Assembly (NCBI GenBank): GCA_036479435.1
Contig: JAZGFI010000232.1
Span: 1-19,879 of the forward strand
DNA from: Planctomycetota bacterium
GTDB lineage: Bacteria; Planctomycetota; GCA-002687715; DRQF01
Direction of reading: 5' to 3'
DNA: 19,879 bases
Position numbers and translations under genes: made by a program. The first letter of the stretch is position 1. Each line of letters begins with the position of its first letter. Positions 15,784 through 19,879 of the stretch are shown piece after piece. Under the pieces are notes generated by a model. The model saw only the letters and a program-made list of their open reading frames with translations, was not told the DNA's origin and made no database searches.

Positions 15784-17265
15784 TTAGCGGATGCCGAGCC
15801 AGGTGCGGAATTTGGCTTCGAGTTGGGGGAAGTTCATTCCCAACTGTAGTTGGGCTCGCTTTTCAAGATTGATGCTGGTCGACTTGAAGAGGAACTTCAG
15901 CCACTTGGCGCGGTATTTTTCTAAGAGGTAGGTCATCAGCACCACGCCCATCGTGTCGTCGGCGGCGGTCATTTGGTTCGTGCGTCGACTGAAAAGTTGT
16001 CGAACCGTGATCGTGCGGTGCTTCTTGTAGTCTTCGATGAGCATTTCTTTGGCCGCTTTGATCGTGCGGCCTTGGTCCGAACGGGTTCGCTCTTGCCGGG
16101 CGTAGCGCGACAAGGCAATCCACACGGTTTCGATCCGGCCGAAGACGGCAAATTCGGCGTGGTGAGCGGCGGCGTTGTCGATCCAGTCGGGGCATTCACT
16201 CTGACCGGTCCAATGCATCGCCATCAATCCCATGCCCACCCGCGCCACGCCGTCATGACGCCAAGTCTTCCGCTCTTGCTGCGTCAACTGGCTGTAGTCG
16301 GACATGGCCATCGCACCGGTGGGCCGGCAGAATGCGGCGAACTCCGCCTCTGCCGAGTGACAGACGCCGTGCCCCTTATCGATGAAAGCCTGCGCTTGGG
16401 GCAGCGACCGGAAAATCACAATCGATGCCGGCATCAAACCCACCCGCAGCGCGTCCTGGGGGCAGAAGGTCTTAACGTACCAATCGCGGGCCTTGAGGAT
16501 CTCGAGCACATGTTCTTGAGCCAACTTGCGGCTGATCGTGCCGTAGACGACTATCTTTTTTGATTCCGCCCCCTGGCATTTCAGCGACAGCTCTGTTTTG
16601 ACGACCGCCATTTCTTCCAGGACGCGCGCTTCGTCAAACTCGTACCACTGACCGCCCCATTCACTCATCCCCTGCTCTTCGCGCAACTCGCGCAAAATCC
16701 GCCAACGAAAACTATCCGGGTCGACGATCCAATCCTTGGGGTTGGCCTTAACCAGATCGAGTTGGAGTGGATCTAACCAGCCTTTGCCCTGAAGCCGCAG
16801 TCCTTTGGCCTTCATGATCTTGGCCACCGCGCGATCACGCGTGTTCGCGTTCAAATACCAAACATCGAAAGTGCGGATGTGGCCCAGCAAGGCCCGAGCT
16901 TCCAAGTGGTTGCTGTCGAGGGCTAGAACGCGGCGGGCGAGGATCGCCGTCGCACGTTTGAACTTGCCCTGCTGATTCGCCCACTGCACGACTTCGAACA
17001 AGGCCTTGGGGCTTTTTGCATCGACGCCCTTCAATCGCTTCATGACCTTCGCCTGAAGTGGACGACCTTTCTTGATCGACTTGACGTCTTTCTTCGCAAA
17101 CTCGCGGAGCTGACCTAGATGGTCAATGACCTGCACTGACTTGGCACTATCGTTGCGGATCTCCCCGCGGATGCGCTCGCCGCTATGAAGCCGGACGAAG
17201 TCCTGAGCGGAAAGCGAAAGGGCCAAGACTATGAACCAAAACCAAAACCCAAGAGCCACGCGCAT
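15784..17265 (-). CDS. Secreted hypothetical protein with G...W repeats and a possible degenerate gluzincin-like C-terminal domain
   Basis: 493-aa ORF with a strong GAGGAGG RBS and a signal peptide ending SLSA-QD. Contains DFVRLHSGERIRGEI and VLALDSNHLEARALLG segments. Confidence 0.85.
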   Translation of the reverse strand: MRVALGFWFWFIVLALSLSAQDFVRLHSGERIRGEIRNDSAKSVQVIDHLGQLREFAKKDVKSIKKGRPLQAKVMKRLKGVDAKSPKALFEVVQWANQQGKFKRATAILARRVLALDSNHLEARALLGHIRTFDVWYLNANTRDRAVAKIMKAKGLRLQGKGWLDPLQLDLVKANPKDWIVDPDSFRWRILRELREEQGMSEWGGQWYEFDEARVLEEMAVVKTELSLKCQGAESKKIVVYGTISRKLAQEHVLEILKARDWYVKTFCPQDALRVGLMPASIVIFRSLPQAQAFIDKGHGVCHSAEAEFAAFCRPTGAMAMSDYSQLTQQERKTWRHDGVARVGMGLMAMHWTGQSECPDWIDNAAAHHAEFAVFGRIETVWIALSRYARQERTRSDQGRTIKAAKEMLIEDYKKHRTITVRQLFSRRTNQMTAADDTMGVVLMTYLLEKYRAKWLKFLFKSTSINLEKRAQLQLGMNFPQLEAKFRTWLGIR

Positions 17266-17365
17266 GAAGGTCCTCCTCGGTTCCCTTGCGCGCCGCGAGC
17301 ATCATGAGGCAAGCGCACCGGAAGCGACTGAGGAGTTTAGCAGATGTCGCCAGGAATCAGCGCTT

Positions 17366-17812
17366 CTAGATATGTCCGGCCAAAACGGAAGCGCCCAAGG
17401 CGGCGAACACCAAACCCAGAGCGGTCGCGAACAAAAAGCGCTCGCCTTCTCTGCGCAGGCAACAACGCTGCGGGTTTTGAGGATCAACCCACACCCAAAC
17501 GTGTGCCGTCGCCACAAAATCGCGGGAATGCTCAAAGGCCCAGTGACGTTTCGGGACCGAAAGTTCGCCGCCAAGAAGGACCGTATCGCCGCGAAAACTC
17601 CGCCCTTCGAAAGCATAGTCATAGATGACTTTCGCGCGATGAAAAGTCAAGCCGCAGAGGCGATCCACCGCAGAAACTCCCGCGAACTGAATATGACCGG
17701 GCGTGGGCTTCCAGTAGCGGCTTTGGCGCAAGACGCGGCACTGCAAAAAAACCTGGATGAGAACCGTCACCCCTCCGGCAAGGAGGGCGAGTCCCAAAAG
17801 AGAATCCATCAT
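17366..17812 (-). CDS. DUF3592-like membrane protein
   Basis: N- and C-terminal TM helices flanking W.PTPGHI, VIYDYAFEGRSFRG and VWVWVDPQNPQ..L. Same strand as both neighbours. Confidence 0.75.
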   Translation of the reverse strand: MMDSLLGLALLAGGVTVLIQVFLQCRVLRQSRYWKPTPGHIQFAGVSAVDRLCGLTFHRAKVIYDYAFEGRSFRGDTVLLGGELSVPKRHWAFEHSRDFVATAHVWVWVDPQNPQRCCLRREGERFLFATALGLVFAALGASVLAGHI

Positions 17813-18284
17813 ATTGTCGTCTCAAGGCTGGCAATCAGGGTCGGCTCGTGGCCGATCCCTGCTATCGGACGATGAGATCAATCAAATGAGTCTTGGGTTT
17901 TCTTGCGGCCCGCTCGCCGTCCATTCGCTGCGAGTTCCCCGAGCAAGATTCAGGCCACCTCGAAGTGTCCCGGATCTCCGCCTACATCTGAATCCGCGTG
18001 ACGTTCGAAGCTCGGATCGCTGCGCCGGGCGTTGTTGTTGGCGCGACCGTGACACCATCAGACTCCGACACTGTTTAGCTAGGGCGGCTTGGCTCGGCCG
18101 CGCTCACGGCACCCGTGAGCGTTCGCTGCTTTCAGGCACGAAGCGGCCGAGTCGCAGTCAATTAAGGAAGAGCTTGATTCGGGTTGCTGCGGTTTTCCGT
18201 GTCGGCGAATCGGCGGCTTGAGGCGAGGAGTTCTTCAGCGAGATCGAAGGGGCCGGGAGCGATGAGGGCTGCCGAGTAGATCGT

Positions 18285-19019
18285 CTAGAGGTTGTTGGCG
18301 GGGCCGATGTACTTGCCGTTTTGGGCGCGAATGATGTCGTCTTCGGCGGCGGGGTCGGCGATGTTGGCGGCGGTTTGGCCGTCGGGACCGGGACTAAAAA
18401 GGTCGTAGTCGGTGTTGAGAGGTACGAGATCGGCGGATTTCTTCGCCATGAAGACGAAAATCTCGGTCAAAGGGACGCTTGAGTTGACGTTGATGAAGGT
18501 GCTGAGATCTGCCGTACGCCCGGGTTTGATCTTGCCGCGGTAGCGGCCATCTTTGGTCTGCGAAGGGTTATCGACGTCGTTGACGTCGGGGCGCACGCTT
18601 GCGGCTCGTCCTGCGGTAGGGTCGAGCGCTAAGTCGGCGATTTCTTGCGACGGGATGACTTTTTCGCCGGTAACATCGACATCCGCCAAGTCCGCACCGG
18701 GAATGGACAGCGGTAAGTATTGGTAAGGGTTGTCCCAAGGGTCAACCAAGCCTTGGAGTCCGAGGTCCGCCAAGCTGGCGGGCACATCGCCGGTCTGGGC
18801 GATGTGGGTGTCGATCTTTTGGGAGATAGACTCCAAGTCGGAGATTGCCGTCTGCACTTGGGCGCCGTATACGACGTTGCGGTAGGCCGGTACGGCCATC
18901 GACATGATGATGGCCATGATCGCGATGACGATCAGGAATTCCACCATGGAGAATCCTGAGGCGGACCGTGGCCGCTCGATCGAAGACAATGGCGTGCTTG
19001 GAGGCGTCCTGGTCATCAT
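18285..19019 (-). CDS. Prepilin-type N-terminal cleavage/methylation protein (GspG-like pseudopilin)
   Basis: G|FSMVEFLIVIAIMAII with Glu at +5, DPWDNPYQY, and DYDLFSPGPDGQT...EDDI. Confidence 0.9.
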   Translation of the reverse strand: MMTRTPPSTPLSSIERPRSASGFSMVEFLIVIAIMAIIMSMAVPAYRNVVYGAQVQTAISDLESISQKIDTHIAQTGDVPASLADLGLQGLVDPWDNPYQYLPLSIPGADLADVDVTGEKVIPSQEIADLALDPTAGRAASVRPDVNDVDNPSQTKDGRYRGKIKPGRTADLSTFINVNSSVPLTEIFVFMAKKSADLVPLNTDYDLFSPGPDGQTAANIADPAAEDDIIRAQNGKYIGPANNL

Positions 19020-19136
19020 GTCGGTCCTTTTTCTTTCTCATGATCCTCATCGTCGCCGGTGGCAGCTCAAGTGGAGCGATTTGCAAGAAAACCCAGTGAT
19101 GATCGCGGGTTCTCGAGCTTCAGAAGGGAAAGATCT

Positions 19137-19879
19137 TTGTCTTTTATTGCGAGACTGAAAAAGAAAGCCGCCGCGACGCCCACGGGCACGGGTGCCCGCA
19201 ACTCGGGGCCTAAATCCCTTCTGCTGCGCGAACGCCTCGTGCTGTTCGCTTGGGTTGGGGCGGGCTTTGCGCTGTTGCGCTTGCTCATCCACACCATCAC
19301 CAGCTGCGATTGCGCGCCGGCGGTCATGGAACTTTTCTTCGAGAACCCCGAGCCCATTTTCATGACGCTCGTCGTGGCCGGCGGTTTTTTGCTGATGGGT
19401 GCGATCGCAAAGTGGGTGCCACTTAGTCGCCGCGGGCTTAGCTGGTTGGACCGCGTGGGAATCTTGGGGACGATGGCCGGAGCTCCCGCCCTCGCCTGTC
19501 TCTTGGACCTCGGCGAGTACCACAGCACGCAACCGGTTTTTGCCGTGATCCTCATCATCATGTGGCGCGCTTCGATCGTCCCGAGTCATGCCTTGAACAC
19601 TTTAGGTTTGTCCGCGCTTTTGGCGCTGCTTAGTCAGGCCCCCGCATTCTTCTTCCGCCACGCCGAGGCGGAGGCGGTATTGCCCTACGCGACGCGCATT
19701 TCTTGGTTGGTCGTAGCCATCTTGATCGCCGCCACGACCTCGGGCGTCATCTATCGTTTGCACCGCCGTTCGCGCGCCGCTGAAGCGCTCGGGCAGTACA
19801 CGCTGGAGAAAAAACTCGGGAGTGGCGGCATGGGCGATGTCTTTTTGGCGCGTCATGCTTTGATGTGCCGTCCCGTGGC
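19137..19879 (+). CDS. Membrane-anchored Ser/Thr protein kinase, truncated by the window edge
   Basis: Manual translation shows the frame open from 19044 to the end. Probable TTG start at 19137 after GAAGGG, about 6 TM segments, RASIVPS, then LGQYTLEKKLGSGGMGDVFLARHALMCRPV (kinase subdomain I). Confidence 0.88.
   Translation, partial: MSFIARLKKKAAATPTGTGARNSGPKSLLLRERLVLFAWVGAGFALLRLLIHTITSCDCAPAVMELFFENPEPIFMTLVVAGGFLLMGAIAKWVPLSRRGLSWLDRVGILGTMAGAPALACLLDLGEYHSTQPVFAVILIIMWRASIVPSHALNTLGLSALLALLSQAPAFFFRHAEAEAVLPYATRISWLVVAILIAATTSGVIYRLHRRSRAAEALGQYTLEKKLGSGGMGDVFLARHALMCRPV

Noticed and set aside
18143..18155. RegA-like site GCGGC-CGA-GTCGC
   Set aside because: The consensus is degenerate and GC-rich, the spacer is shorter than the usual 5 nt, and the sequence is better explained as part of the stem structure.
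17231..18221. Plus-strand ORFs 17231-17875 and 17757-18221
   Set aside because: The first is antisense to the better-supported DUF3592-like gene. The second is Arg-rich with no recognisable motif.
19047..19856. Minus-strand ORFs at the right end
   Set aside because: They are antisense shadows of the plus-strand kinase frame.
1..19879. CRISPR array, integron attC cassettes, IS or prophage, tRNA/rRNA
   Set aside because: I saw no regularly spaced repeats, attC core-site pairs, transposase or integrase motifs, or RNA-gene signatures.

Overview
GC-rich, gene-dense bacterial chromosomal window. The protein families suggest a Planctomycetota-like or myxobacterial-like organism (inference). From left to right: (1) a perfect 55-bp palindrome, then a + strand cluster encoding a DCC thiol-disulfide oxidoreductase, two coupled SPFH/band-7 proteins and a Ser/Thr kinase with a kinase-RDD-pseudokinase-RDD layout; (2) a convergent - strand block with a divergent sigma-70 factor, RegB/RegA-type two-component genes and a translationally coupled ABC exporter; (3) a stand-alone molybdopterin oxidoreductase divergent from a GHL10/DigH-like lipoprotein coupled to a group II PLP decarboxylase; (4) a secreted hypothetical protein, a DUF3592-like protein and an orphan GspG-like pseudopilin with a large insert; (5) a membrane Ser/Thr kinase that runs off the right edge and is missing from the ORF track. 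Two intergenic regions hold three-way-junction-like folds. I saw no rRNA, tRNA, CRISPR array, transposase or integrase. All family assignments come from motifs recognised by eye, not from database searches.
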